Part shown: one piece after another, positions 48,896 to 57,163 of the stretch
How positions within the stretch are numbered: position 1 is the first letter of the stretch
How the letters are laid out: each line of letters begins with the position of its first letter
IMG/VR virus record: IMGVR_UViG_3300033067_000589
Span: 22,058-86,057 of that record
From: a virus
Taxonomy: Duplodnaviria > Caudoviricetes
DNA: 64,000 bases
Reading direction: 5' to 3' (one strand)
Notes under the pieces: model-generated
What the model was told of the DNA's origin: nothing
Seen by the model: only the letters and a program-made list of their open reading frames with translations
Databases searched by the model: none
Position numbers and translations under genes: made by a program

Positions 48896-48937
48896 AATAA
48901 GAATTGAATTATTTTAGATTTGATAATTAATTTAAAA

Positions 48938-48961
48938 CCCCCACTCAATTAAGAGTGAGGG
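48938..48961 (-). terminator. Terminator after the SSB-like gene
   Basis: Minus strand CCCTCACTC/GAGTGGGGG stem followed by TTTT. Confidence 0.55.
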
Positions 48962-48990
48962 AATTTTATAGGATAACACATAAGTCAGAA

Positions 48991-49815
48991 TCAGAATGGC
49001 AAATCATCATCATTGCCGTTGCTCACCATAGGTGGCATCGTTTGCTGTACAGGTTGCGCATATTGTTGCTGTTGCACTGGTGTAGCATATTGTGCCGGAG
49101 CTGGCGCAGCATATTGAGGTGCAGCTTGGTTTGGCAGTGCATATCCTGCTTGTGGTGCAGGTTGCTGTTGCTGTTGTTGTTTGGCAGCACGCTCTTGTAC
49201 ATAGGCGTTAATCTTATCCCTCAAAGGTTGAGACAAGTGGGCTTTGTTAGCCTTAATCTCTTCCGATAAGAGAATCTCATTCTTCATGTAAGGAGGGATT
49301 CTATCCCACATAGCCACAGCATCTGGTGATGCCAAGAATGGTGCATCATAGTACCAATATAGAATTGGGTTGAATGGCTGCGGAGGCTGTTGGCCATTCA
49401 TAAGTGGCATAATAGAAGTAAGGACTTCCTTCATACCGTTACCATTTTGTTTCTCAACATGAGACACAACGACGTTGATACTCTTGTCAAGTAAGCTAAA
49501 CACATTGAAAGTTTTGGCTTGAGCATCGTTTAATGTCTGCCCTAATACTTGATTAACAAACTTGCGAAGGCTAGCCTTATCTCCCATTGATAAAGTGAAC
49601 TTCTGTGAGTAAACAAGAGGCTTAACTCCATCATCGAATTGGTGATGTTGGTCAGTTTCGATAGTAATCTGGGCTTTTAGCATCTGCTTGGTTACGCCCA
49701 TGTAGGTATCTGGAAGTGTACCCAAGATAATTACTGAATAGATACGACCAACGTGTTGGCCCTGAGAAATCATTGGTCTTGCCGGAGTAACCGGTGCTGT
49801 GAATGATGGTAACAT
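48991..49815 (-). CDS. Single-stranded DNA-binding-like protein (274 aa)
   Basis: OB-like N-terminus, Q/P/A-rich linker, acidic DDDLPF tail; strong codon bias. Confidence 0.65.
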   Translation of the reverse strand: MLPSFTAPVTPARPMISQGQHVGRIYSVIILGTLPDTYMGVTKQMLKAQITIETDQHHQFDDGVKPLVYSQKFTLSMGDKASLRKFVNQVLGQTLNDAQAKTFNVFSLLDKSINVVVSHVEKQNGNGMKEVLTSIMPLMNGQQPPQPFNPILYWYYDAPFLASPDAVAMWDRIPPYMKNEILLSEEIKANKAHLSQPLRDKINAYVQERAAKQQQQQQPAPQAGYALPNQAAPQYAAPAPAQYATPVQQQQYAQPVQQTMPPMVSNGNDDDLPF

Positions 49816-49822
49816 AATAAAC

Positions 49823-49878
49823 TTGATAAACGTGATAAAATTGATAAACTTGATAAAACTTAACTAACCTTGATAAAA
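49823..49878. repeat. Five copies of (T/G)TGATAAA in the SSB leader
   Basis: Copies at 49823, 49832, 49841, 49850 and 49870. Confidence 0.8.
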
Positions 49879-50015
49879 CCTTGCTTCTTTCTCTTTTCTT
49901 CTTGATGCTTATATATCCACCTCAAAGTTATAAAGGAATCTATTAAACTCCAAATAACTAATCCCATGACTGGATAAAAGAAAACCAACTTAAATACTAA
50001 TGCGATTACTTTCAT
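49860..50015 (-). CDS. Single-TM microprotein (51 aa; not in the track)
   Basis: Hand translation MKVIALVFKLVFFYPVMGLVIWSLIDSFITLRWIYKHQEEKRKKQGFIKVS; ACACAAGTAT-ATG context. Confidence 0.6.
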   Translation of the reverse strand: MKVIALVFKLVFFYPVMGLVIWSLIDSFITLRWIYKHQEEKRKKQGFIKVS

Positions 50016-50049
50016 ATACTTGTGTTTTATTAGGTTTTAAAATACTCAA

Positions 50050-50081
50050 CAAAGGTAGTAAGAAAAATTTATATTTACAAA
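50050..50081 (-). promoter_or_regulatory. Full Bacteroidota sigma-ABfr promoter for the replication operon
   Basis: Minus strand TTTG-N20-TACCTTTG. Confidence 0.75.
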
Positions 50082-50098
50082 ATACCTTTGTAATGGCG

Positions 50099-50332
50099 TT
50101 ATTCTATTTCTGGAACTTCAATTTCACTAAGCTGCTCCACTAGATTTCTTAGGTCATCTAATAGCTGCAAAGCTAATTCTTCTTCTGTGTCCGACTTGAA
50201 CTTGCCATTCTCCACATACTCATCTACTTTCTCCTCGAAATCATCGAGATGTTCTGTCATGTCATCTAACATAGCCATAACCTCTCTTACTTTTCGGAGA
50301 AATGGTTGTTGTTGTTTTACTTTGAGAGCCAT
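50099..50332 (-). CDS. Acidic helical hypothetical protein (77 aa)
   Basis: In operon. Confidence 0.55.
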   Translation of the reverse strand: MALKVKQQQPFLRKVREVMAMLDDMTEHLDDFEEKVDEYVENGKFKSDTEEELALQLLDDLRNLVEQLSEIEVPEIE

Positions 50333-50775
50333 CTTGAATCCTCTTTAATTAGTTTTAAACAATAAACATTCCTTAAATCATCTAAATTAGAAATCAAGAC
50401 ATACAGCCTTGCTCTTCTATCCGATATGTTAATGATAACATATCCACTAGGCACACCTTCCTTTAACAATTCTTTTGCTCTTGACCTTGATAGGTCTTGG
50501 CAATCATTGTACTTATTGAACTTACAGTTATCCGGCAACTCATCGGCTAACTGTACAAGCTCCCTTAATCTACTTTTAGAGAGGTCAGTAATGAATGTAC
50601 CTCCATGATTGTGTCTATTTACGTACTCATCAGCAAAAGACACCAACCCTCTGACTCTGTGTTTATCAACCAAAAGTCCATGCACCATAAACTTGTCACA
50701 CTCCACAGGGTATGGGAATTTCATCCTACCCCTGTGGAATTGTTTTAATATTTCTATACCTGTTTTTCTAATCAT
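50317..50775 (-). CDS. Hypothetical protein (152 aa)
   Basis: ATGA-coupled. Confidence 0.55.
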   Translation of the reverse strand: MIRKTGIEILKQFHRGRMKFPYPVECDKFMVHGLLVDKHRVRGLVSFADEYVNRHNHGGTFITDLSKSRLRELVQLADELPDNCKFNKYNDCQDLSRSRAKELLKEGVPSGYVIINISDRRARLYVLISNLDDLRNVYCLKLIKEDSRWLSK

Positions 50776-50939
50776 CCTTTCAGTTGATTAATAATTAACT
50801 GTATCGCCTCTTCTTTAGTTAAAATGCCCATACCTTCACGTATAGAATCCTCATCACCATATACCCCATTTGGGTCATTATTAGAGAGCCACTGTATTAG
50901 CGACTCTCTAGTCCATTGATTTAATTGTACTCTGTCCAT
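50772..50939 (-). CDS. Microprotein (55 aa; not in the track)
   Basis: Hand translation MDRVQLNQWTRESLIQWLSNNDPNGVYGDEDSIREG...; fills the gap with an ATGA overlap. Confidence 0.65.
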   Translation of the reverse strand: MDRVQLNQWTRESLIQWLSNNDPNGVYGDEDSIREGMGILTKEEAIQLIINQLKG

Positions 50940-51145
50940 GCGTTGAATCTTACTGGGTCTAATCTTCTAATCATCTTGCCTATCGTGCCGACTTTGTATG
51001 CACGACGAATGAATGCTTCACTTGTTCTGTGTAATCGCCTAGGATTAGTTAGATATATCAAATTTTTAACCACCTCTTCTTCTGTGAAGTTTTCAAGGTA
51101 ATAAGTATTGATGTGAATCTCTTTTTGCTTGTCTGATTTAAACAT
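50921..51145 (-). CDS. Hypothetical protein (74 aa)
   Basis: GKMIRRLDPVRFN motif. Confidence 0.55.
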   Translation of the reverse strand: MFKSDKQKEIHINTYYLENFTEEEVVKNLIYLTNPRRLHRTSEAFIRRAYKVGTIGKMIRRLDPVRFNAWTEYN

Positions 51146-51380
51146 ATTGATTAATTGGTTTGATTGTGTCTGTAATTAACTCTGTATCGCTAAGGTAGCC
51201 AATAATATTGAAACCATTAGCTACTAAGTCCTCAATCACAATGTCTCTGGCACTCACAAGGTATTTGTGTTTTAGCAGAATCTTTTTGTGGTCAAAGAAT
51301 ATATCGCTCTCAACTTTAGCATACCTCCACTTGCCACGAAGAGGAAGTATGCTAATTGTTATCTTATGTAGTCGCTTCAT
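51138..51380 (-). CDS. Hypothetical protein (80 aa)
   Basis: In operon. Confidence 0.55.
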   Translation of the reverse strand: MKRLHKITISILPLRGKWRYAKVESDIFFDHKKILLKHKYLVSARDIVIEDLVANGFNIIGYLSDTELITDTIKPINQYV

Positions 51381-51822
51381 CTACCATTGTGATGAGTAGC
51401 GCGTACTCGTAATCGTTTAGATTATGTGCCAATCTAATGATTTCACAAGCCTGCACTTTTGTTAGTGATACACTTGCGTTGCCTTCGATAATCCTCATTG
51501 CAGCGTCAAATGATTGCTGTAAACCTATCTTAGCTCTATCTAGTAGCTTATCTAGCGCATTTGCAACTTCAATTAAATACAACTCAGGTACTATATTATA
51601 ACCTCCTGCATCAAGATACATTAATTCTTCGTGCCCTGTTTTCATTACGAGAAATCCCATGACTGGCTCACCATCAATAGTATGAGCTACGCCACATGGA
51701 ATACCTACAAATAAGGCTTCGTTACCGAGGACATTTCTTGTGTAACCATGTTGTTTAATATACTCAATCATTTCTGAGTATATCGCTTCTTGTAAATCCC
51801 TTACTTGGTCTGTGTATTTCAT
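51364..51822 (-). CDS. Hypothetical protein (152 aa)
   Basis: ATG at 51822 with AAACAATACAAAACA leader. Confidence 0.55.
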   Translation of the reverse strand: MKYTDQVRDLQEAIYSEMIEYIKQHGYTRNVLGNEALFVGIPCGVAHTIDGEPVMGFLVMKTGHEELMYLDAGGYNIVPELYLIEVANALDKLLDRAKIGLQQSFDAAMRIIEGNASVSLTKVQACEIIRLAHNLNDYEYALLITMVDEATT

Positions 51823-51835
51823 TGTTTTGTATTGT

Positions 51836-52129
51836 TTAAAAATTAAGTATTGGAATAGACTTACCGATTTCAGTCCCTTCAAATGGTCTGTATCTTGGAA
51901 TCTCTAATCCCTTTTTTGTGTAATTTATGTAATTAAACAGTCTTAATTTTGCTTCGTAACGAGTATCAATATAAGCTGTCTTTGTTTGCATCAACCTCTT
52001 CACTCCTACTCCTAGTTCGGGGACTTCTTCCCATGTTTGAAGCTGATGCAGTAGGGGTTCTTGGTTTGTTTCCATTATCACATTTTTAGTCTTGTTACAA
52101 AGGATAAAATATTTATAAGGTCTATCCAT
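51836..52129 (-). CDS. Hypothetical protein (about 97 aa)
   Basis: ATG at 52129 with an A-rich leader; start uncertain. Confidence 0.5.
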   Translation of the reverse strand: MDRPYKYFILCNKTKNVIMETNQEPLLHQLQTWEEVPELGVGVKRLMQTKTAYIDTRYEAKLRLFNYINYTKKGLEIPRYRPFEGTEIGKSIPILNF

Positions 52130-52154
52130 AATGATATTGATTTGTTTTATTTGT

Positions 52155-52406
52155 TTAATATTGAACATTTGATACATCGCATACGTCTGCGAGGTCGAAC
52201 TCTGGATAATATTTGGATACATACTTCTCCATAGATTCCATAGTTCTAAATTTTCTTACAGACTCCCTGTCTGACCATTCGTTTTGGAATGTGTATTCTT
52301 TTATGATACACTTGTACCCACCTTTGAACTTGTAACCATCTGGGGCTACAAGTAATAAATTGTCTGATAAAACTCTCTCTGAGAGTACGTAACTTAAATA
52401 GTCCAT
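52155..52406 (-). CDS. Hypothetical protein (83 aa)
   Basis: A-rich leader. Confidence 0.6.
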   Translation of the reverse strand: MDYLSYVLSERVLSDNLLLVAPDGYKFKGGYKCIIKEYTFQNEWSDRESVRKFRTMESMEKYVSKYYPEFDLADVCDVSNVQY

Positions 52407-52427
52407 AACTGGTTTGTTTTGATTGTT

Positions 52428-52715
52428 TTAAAATAATTTAACTCCTGCATAGATATTAGTAATGGCAAGCATCACCTCTTGTTTGTCTTCCACTGGGAAT
52501 GGTGGTGGAATAGATAGGATAAAATGAAAGTGCAAGTCTTCTTCCACTTGCTCTATCTCCCATCTAACATTGGGTATTTTGTCTTCGTACCCACCTTTTT
52601 GAATCATCTCTACAAGAAGCTGCCTAAGTGTAAGCAGCCTCAAATAAGAACCTTTTGTGTACGAGATGAACTCATCAATGTGATGTTGTGCTACTTTAAC
52701 CTTCATTTTCTTCAT
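52428..52715 (-). CDS. Hypothetical protein (about 95 aa)
   Basis: ATG start preferred over the GTG in the track. Confidence 0.5.
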   Translation of the reverse strand: MKKMKVKVAQHHIDEFISYTKGSYLRLLTLRQLLVEMIQKGGYEDKIPNVRWEIEQVEEDLHFHFILSIPPPFPVEDKQEVMLAITNIYAGVKLF

Positions 52716-52899
52716 AAGTTTTAACTTGAATACCTGTAATATCTTTACCACACGATGGGCAAAAGACTACTTTGTACTTTGTTTTCCCATCAAGCCCATC
52801 AAGATGTGGCAAGACAAGTGTACCATCTTCCAATCTCATCCACTTGATGTTCATTTCAAATAGTGTGTCGCAGCACACATTACTATCTTCTATTACCAT
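52696..52899 (-). CDS. Small Zn-ribbon-like protein (67 aa)
   Basis: VCCD...FCPSCGKDI. Confidence 0.55.
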   Translation of the reverse strand: MVIEDSNVCCDTLFEMNIKWMRLEDGTLVLPHLDGLDGKTKYKVVFCPSCGKDITGIQVKTYEENEG

Positions 52900-53177
52900 C
52901 GTTTTGTATTTGTTTATGTTTGAAAACTATTTATAAGTCAGAGCCTGTATGCCATCCACCATCATTTACTTCATGGTTTTCGTCATAAACATTAGAGTCG
53001 TAATCATCACCACTATATTTTGCTTGTTGATTTCTTACGTGCTGTATATATCCTTCTCTTGCTTCTTTAGAGGCAACCCTTGCCTCTTCTTTTGTTCCAC
53101 CATTTTTTCTTGTCTCACTGTAAGCCTTATTGGCCCAAGATGTTCCTACTTTCATCGTTTTGTATTTGTTTATGTTT
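52897..53177 (-). repeat. Identical 25-nt leader duplicated before two adjacent genes
   Basis: CATCGTTTTGTATTTGTTTATGTTT at 52897-52921 and 53153-53177. Confidence 0.9.
52931..53155 (-). CDS. Hypothetical protein (74 aa)
   Basis: Basic N-half, acidic C-half. Confidence 0.6.
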   Translation of the reverse strand: MKVGTSWANKAYSETRKNGGTKEEARVASKEAREGYIQHVRNQQAKYSGDDYDSNVYDENHEVNDGGWHTGSDL

Positions 53178-53182
53178 AAAAA

Positions 53183-53686
53183 TTAATCAAGTTCTTTGCT
53201 TTCCTCGTTACCATCTAGTAACTCATCAACCAACGCCTTATACTTTGTGTCAGTTGAGTTGGTATATGACATTATGAGTTCCATTAGGATTTCATCATTA
53301 GGATAATCTTTTAAAGAGTACACCTCATTAATGAATACTTCTTGATCCCAGATGGAATATAATCCATACCAGTAGTTATTAGACGAATCATTCTCTTCTA
53401 ATGAACCATCTTCACTGATGGTGTACTCGCCCACTATTTGACTGCCAAATTCATGGTATTTGCCTGTACAAGAGAATGGTATATCTTTCTGTAAAGATAT
53501 TAGCCACTCGATTGGTGGCGACCACTTAGATTGGAACATAAAGAAGTCGCCATGACTAATCACCTCGAATATCGGATAGCCATCTACTCCGCCATAAATA
53601 TCTTGCTCTATATCAAGCAAGAGTTTTCCAAATTTACCAGTTGGGTCACTGGTAATAACCAATTCGTTCTCACAAATATTTGCCAT
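53183..53686 (-). CDS. YubB/DUF1281-like ferredoxin-fold protein
   Basis: MANICENEL...FQSKWSPP...YHEFG. Confidence 0.65.
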   Translation of the reverse strand: MANICENELVITSDPTGKFGKLLLDIEQDIYGGVDGYPIFEVISHGDFFMFQSKWSPPIEWLISLQKDIPFSCTGKYHEFGSQIVGEYTISEDGSLEENDSSNNYWYGLYSIWDQEVFINEVYSLKDYPNDEILMELIMSYTNSTDTKYKALVDELLDGNEESKELD

Positions 53687-53702
53687 AGTTACATTTGTTT
53701 AT

Positions 53703-53726
53703 ACCCACCACTGTTACATGGTGGGT
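53703..53726. repeat. Intergenic hairpin, type A
   Basis: ACCCACCA/TGGTGGGT stem, 8-nt loop CTGTTACA. Confidence 0.8.
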
Positions 53727-53737
53727 TGGTTTATTAA

Positions 53738-54751
53738 TTATACATAAGGATTCAACATTACAGGCATCAATAGATATTCTCCATTAATGATACCTGATCT
53801 GGTAGGGGTGGAAAGTGATATTGTGGTTGTCTCTCTCTTTTTATCCAACTTGAGATACTCAAGCATAAGCCTAGCATTGAATCCGATGGTTATTTCATCA
53901 TTACACATAATGTCAATCTTTCCGCTATACTCGGTTTTCCAATTTTCGTCTTCTGCCTGCAATTCAAGCGTGTCTCCTTTAAATAGAAATTCAACTTGAT
54001 GAGTGACTTGATTGGTAAAGCTATCAGCTAGTTCTAGTTTTTCAATCAGGTCCTTTGTTGGTACTGATGCTATTATAGAATTAGATTTAGGAATCACATT
54101 TCTGAAATCAGGAAAACGCTCATCTACCATCTTTATGTATAGCTTGTATTCATTATTAGATAATGAAATCCACAAGCCTTTTACTTCACACTCATACTTG
54201 CCACTAAGCCAAGCCAGTGGTGGTAGCAGAATATTTTTACCATTCGGAATGAAGCTATTGTCCACATCTCTAAATAACATACGATGAGCATCGGTGGAAG
54301 TTATTTGTTCGCTATCAATATATATCTGCATCATTGCAGGTCTAAGTTCGTTTTTGCCTGCAAATACACAGTACTCTTTGAATCCTTGTAGGTTAAGTGT
54401 ACCTGAATAATCGGGGTTATTCATGTCTGGCAATTTAGGATAATCCTCAACATCTTGACCATGTAATTTAAAGCTACCCTTGTTAGAATTGATAACAAGG
54501 GGTCGTTTTTCTTCCTGATACCCACTCGTATCAAAGTTGCTAATCTCCACCTTACTTGCTATCTTGTTTAATTTAGCAAAGTCCACGGTGAATGGACTAT
54601 CAAATTTTACTGGTGAATCAATCACCATAAATATTTGACAGTCTCCAGATAACTTAATCATCTGATTGTTTAAGAATAAAACATCCTCTGTAATGGGTAG
54701 AAGAGCTTTCTTTGATTTGACTTTGGACAATAGTCCTAATTGATTTTTCAT
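53738..54751 (-). CDS. dnaN: DNA polymerase III beta sliding clamp homolog
   Basis: NELRPAMM, STDAHRM, ERFPDFRNVIP, IGFNARLM, YLLMPV. Confidence 0.85.
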   Translation of the reverse strand: MKNQLGLLSKVKSKKALLPITEDVLFLNNQMIKLSGDCQIFMVIDSPVKFDSPFTVDFAKLNKIASKVEISNFDTSGYQEEKRPLVINSNKGSFKLHGQDVEDYPKLPDMNNPDYSGTLNLQGFKEYCVFAGKNELRPAMMQIYIDSEQITSTDAHRMLFRDVDNSFIPNGKNILLPPLAWLSGKYECEVKGLWISLSNNEYKLYIKMVDERFPDFRNVIPKSNSIIASVPTKDLIEKLELADSFTNQVTHQVEFLFKGDTLELQAEDENWKTEYSGKIDIMCNDEITIGFNARLMLEYLKLDKKRETTTISLSTPTRSGIINGEYLLMPVMLNPYV

Positions 54752-54802
54752 AAGAAATTAAAAGTAAAAATTAAAAGTAAAAAGAATATTTATTTATTCC
54801 TA

Positions 54803-54842
54803 AGCACCCAGTAACTAACAACTGGGTGCTGTTGGTGCGATT
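54803..54842. repeat. Intergenic hairpin, type A
   Basis: AGCACCCAGT/ACTGGGTGCT stem, 8-nt loop, flank GTTGGTGCGATT. Confidence 0.8.
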
Positions 54843-55580
54843 TTAAAGATACACTACATTTTTTTGTGGAGGATTTGCATCCCATATTGCCTCTTCTAAT
54901 TCGTCAATATCTCCATCAAATCCATAGGCGATGGAGGTATCAAAGGCATATAGAATGGTCATTTCTTTTTGTTTGCCATATTTCTTAGCAAACTTGATTG
55001 TGGACTCCATAGACACATGAGAGTCTATATTCATCTTGTTCTTGAACCACTCTCTTAGATAACTATAATCCCTGTGACTACTTATTCTTTGTTGAATAAG
55101 GTAGTTCTTGAATATCATGTTTACTCCTTTCTTGTCGTATCCATACCTGTATTGCAGATATGATATAACAGTCTGCCCGTCATAGAAGTATTCTTTCAAT
55201 TTAGAAAGAACAAACTCAAGAGGCGTTACACTTTCTTTTCCTGTCAGTCTGTACATACTAGGAAACTCTTTGTTTCTTCTGTCCAGATTGATAGATATAT
55301 GAGTATAGGTTTCGTCCTTGTATCTTGCAGCATGAACTACAAAGTACCATGTTACTTCATACAAACCAAATTCTAATTTTCCTTCTAATTCAATTTCAGG
55401 AATTTGTTTTTGTGTGTTATTCCTGATTACTTCCCATCGGTTATTCCCGGATCGGTTATTGGCTTTCTTTAAAAACCTATCTTGCCATTCTTGATTGTAC
55501 GGAATGGCATATAGGTCTTGAACCTGTTTAGTGTAAGGATTGTGCCTTACTTTATCGTAATACGACTTGATTGTTTTCAT
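54843..55580 (-). CDS. Hypothetical protein (245 aa)
   Basis: Clean ORF. Confidence 0.65.
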   Translation of the reverse strand: MKTIKSYYDKVRHNPYTKQVQDLYAIPYNQEWQDRFLKKANNRSGNNRWEVIRNNTQKQIPEIELEGKLEFGLYEVTWYFVVHAARYKDETYTHISINLDRRNKEFPSMYRLTGKESVTPLEFVLSKLKEYFYDGQTVISYLQYRYGYDKKGVNMIFKNYLIQQRISSHRDYSYLREWFKNKMNIDSHVSMESTIKFAKKYGKQKEMTILYAFDTSIAYGFDGDIDELEEAIWDANPPQKNVVYL

Positions 55581-55615
55581 CTGTTTTAAAATGTTTAAAT
55601 TAAAAATATTCCATC

Positions 55616-55651
55616 ACCCCACTACTATTACATAGTGGGGTTGGTGCGATT
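55616..55651. repeat. Intergenic hairpin, type A
   Basis: ACCCCACTA/TAGTGGGGT stem, 8-nt loop CTATTACA, flank TGGTGCGATT. Confidence 0.8.
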
Positions 55652-56225
55652 AGTAACGAGAGCCATCATCGTGGAACTCATATCCATTAACTTCCGCCTC
55701 TTCTTTGAAGTACTCAAAAGAAGATTGATAGTCGTACTCTTTTTCAATAGACTTGAGTACTGACCTGACGCAATCCTCCATGATGTCTTTAAAATTGATT
55801 ACGGCACTAGGTCGTTGTACAAACTCCTTAATTGGACAAAGGAAATCCTCATCGTAACATACTCCAGTAAATGGGTAATTACCATCAAGTAGTGGCTTGT
55901 ATTTTCTGTCGTACTTACAGAAGTACTGTAATAATAACTGATTACGAAAATACTTCCACAGTCTTACGCCTACCAATTCTTCCCTGTCGTTTTCGTTGTA
56001 GTGGTTTTGCGTGTACTCTATTCTAAAATAGGCATTAGATGCTCTATAATAATCAATATCCCAATCAACCAATTTGAATCCGAAGTGGATTAGGCCCTTT
56101 TTTATAGAGTCCATAGCCTCGGAGAAATCGTAATCTCTCCTTGCTAAATACTCATTATGCGCTTTTTCTTGTGCAAATACACTTAACTCATCGAGTTTGT
56201 AAATCTTTGTCTCTATTGTTCTCAT
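55650..56225 (-). CDS. Conserved early/leading-region protein (MRTIET...DELS...EKA family)
   Basis: N-terminal MRTIETKIYKLDELS and C-terminal NGYEFHDDG; the family is often auto-annotated as an antitoxin, function unproven. Confidence 0.6.
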   Translation of the reverse strand: MRTIETKIYKLDELSVFAQEKAHNEYLARRDYDFSEAMDSIKKGLIHFGFKLVDWDIDYYRASNAYFRIEYTQNHYNENDREELVGVRLWKYFRNQLLLQYFCKYDRKYKPLLDGNYPFTGVCYDEDFLCPIKEFVQRPSAVINFKDIMEDCVRSVLKSIEKEYDYQSSFEYFKEEAEVNGYEFHDDGSRY

Positions 56226-56230
56226 TTGTT

Positions 56231-56428
56231 TTATTTGTTTAAATTATTAGAATCGTAAATTAGGTAGGTGATATGTCCATCACCTAATTGTTCGATAGTG
56301 AGCCTATCGTGGAATGGAACATCCATGTGTCTTAGTTGCTTGTGCATCTCCTCTTCGGAGGATGCACAGATTGAACCTTGTCCGCAACTAAATCCACGGA
56401 TGAAGATTTTGATTAGATAAGTTGCCAT
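56231..56428 (-). CDS. Hypothetical protein (65 aa)
   Basis: In operon. Confidence 0.5.
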   Translation of the reverse strand: MATYLIKIFIRGFSCGQGSICASSEEEMHKQLRHMDVPFHDRLTIEQLGDGHITYLIYDSNNLNK

Positions 56429-56434
56429 ACCTTT

Positions 56435-57085
56435 TTACTTGTTTGCGAGATAGATTTTGGCTACCTCATTTTTTAATTGATTATAATCACTTTTACTGAA
56501 ACTCTCATCGAGGTATTTAGCCTCGAAGTTACGTCTTGCAGTTAGCCCACGACTTACCACATGGCGTTTACCGTTTCTTACTTTATTCCAAGACAAGAAA
56601 CTACGTCTTGCCTTTTTTATATTACCTCTCCTCAACTCTTTTACAAAAGTTGATTTTTCCACTAACTCAAAAGAGCCAGTGTTGTAAACTAGAGATATTA
56701 CCGCCACCCTTTGAAGTGGAGTTAAGTCGCTATAATCTCTATCCACACGCTCTTTGATTGGCGTGAATATTTTACGAAATTTTTCATCTGCATCATTAGC
56801 AGAACGAATCTCCTTGATGCCAGTAGCTTTCATGTTAAAGCCCCAGCCAATAGTCCAAATTCCAGCTTCACATTTGTAAGGCTTGAACTTTAAGTTCTCG
56901 TACCTCTTGATATTCCAAGAGGCAATTTGATATATTTCTGTGGAGGAAAAGCCTTTGTCCAGAGATTGATTCTTAACACTACCATACTCTTGAGATAATG
57001 GTAGTGTTTGTTTCTTTGATGGCCACGCCCATGAACATACGACCAACACCCACCCAAGAGAGATGGGAATAATGTATTTTTTCAT
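56435..57085 (-). CDS. GH24 lysozyme with N-terminal signal/SAR-like segment
   Basis: E63-x8-C72-x5-T78 triad, TIGWG, ALIS-like AVISLVYNTG, GLTARRNFE; hydrophobic N-terminus. Confidence 0.85.
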   Translation of the reverse strand: MKKYIIPISLGWVLVVCSWAWPSKKQTLPLSQEYGSVKNQSLDKGFSSTEIYQIASWNIKRYENLKFKPYKCEAGIWTIGWGFNMKATGIKEIRSANDADEKFRKIFTPIKERVDRDYSDLTPLQRVAVISLVYNTGSFELVEKSTFVKELRRGNIKKARRSFLSWNKVRNGKRHVVSRGLTARRNFEAKYLDESFSKSDYNQLKNEVAKIYLANK

Positions 57086-57156
57086 AATTACTTGTGTTGC
57101 CTGATATTAATTAGTAACCGTACACAAGTATCAGGACATTTACCTTGTGTACGGTT
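57086..57156 (-). promoter_or_regulatory. Predicted H-type pseudoknot / alternative-fold leader of the lysozyme gene
   Basis: 13-bp stem 1 (57116-57128/57144-57156); 7-bp stem 2 (57129-57135/57100-57106); competing 9-bp pairing with the start region. Confidence 0.6.
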
Positions 57157-57163
57157 GTTTTTG

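Noticed and set aside
48955-49269. 104-aa plus-strand ORF rich in C/R/L/W
   Set aside because: Antisense of the Q/P/A repeat linker of the SSB-like gene.
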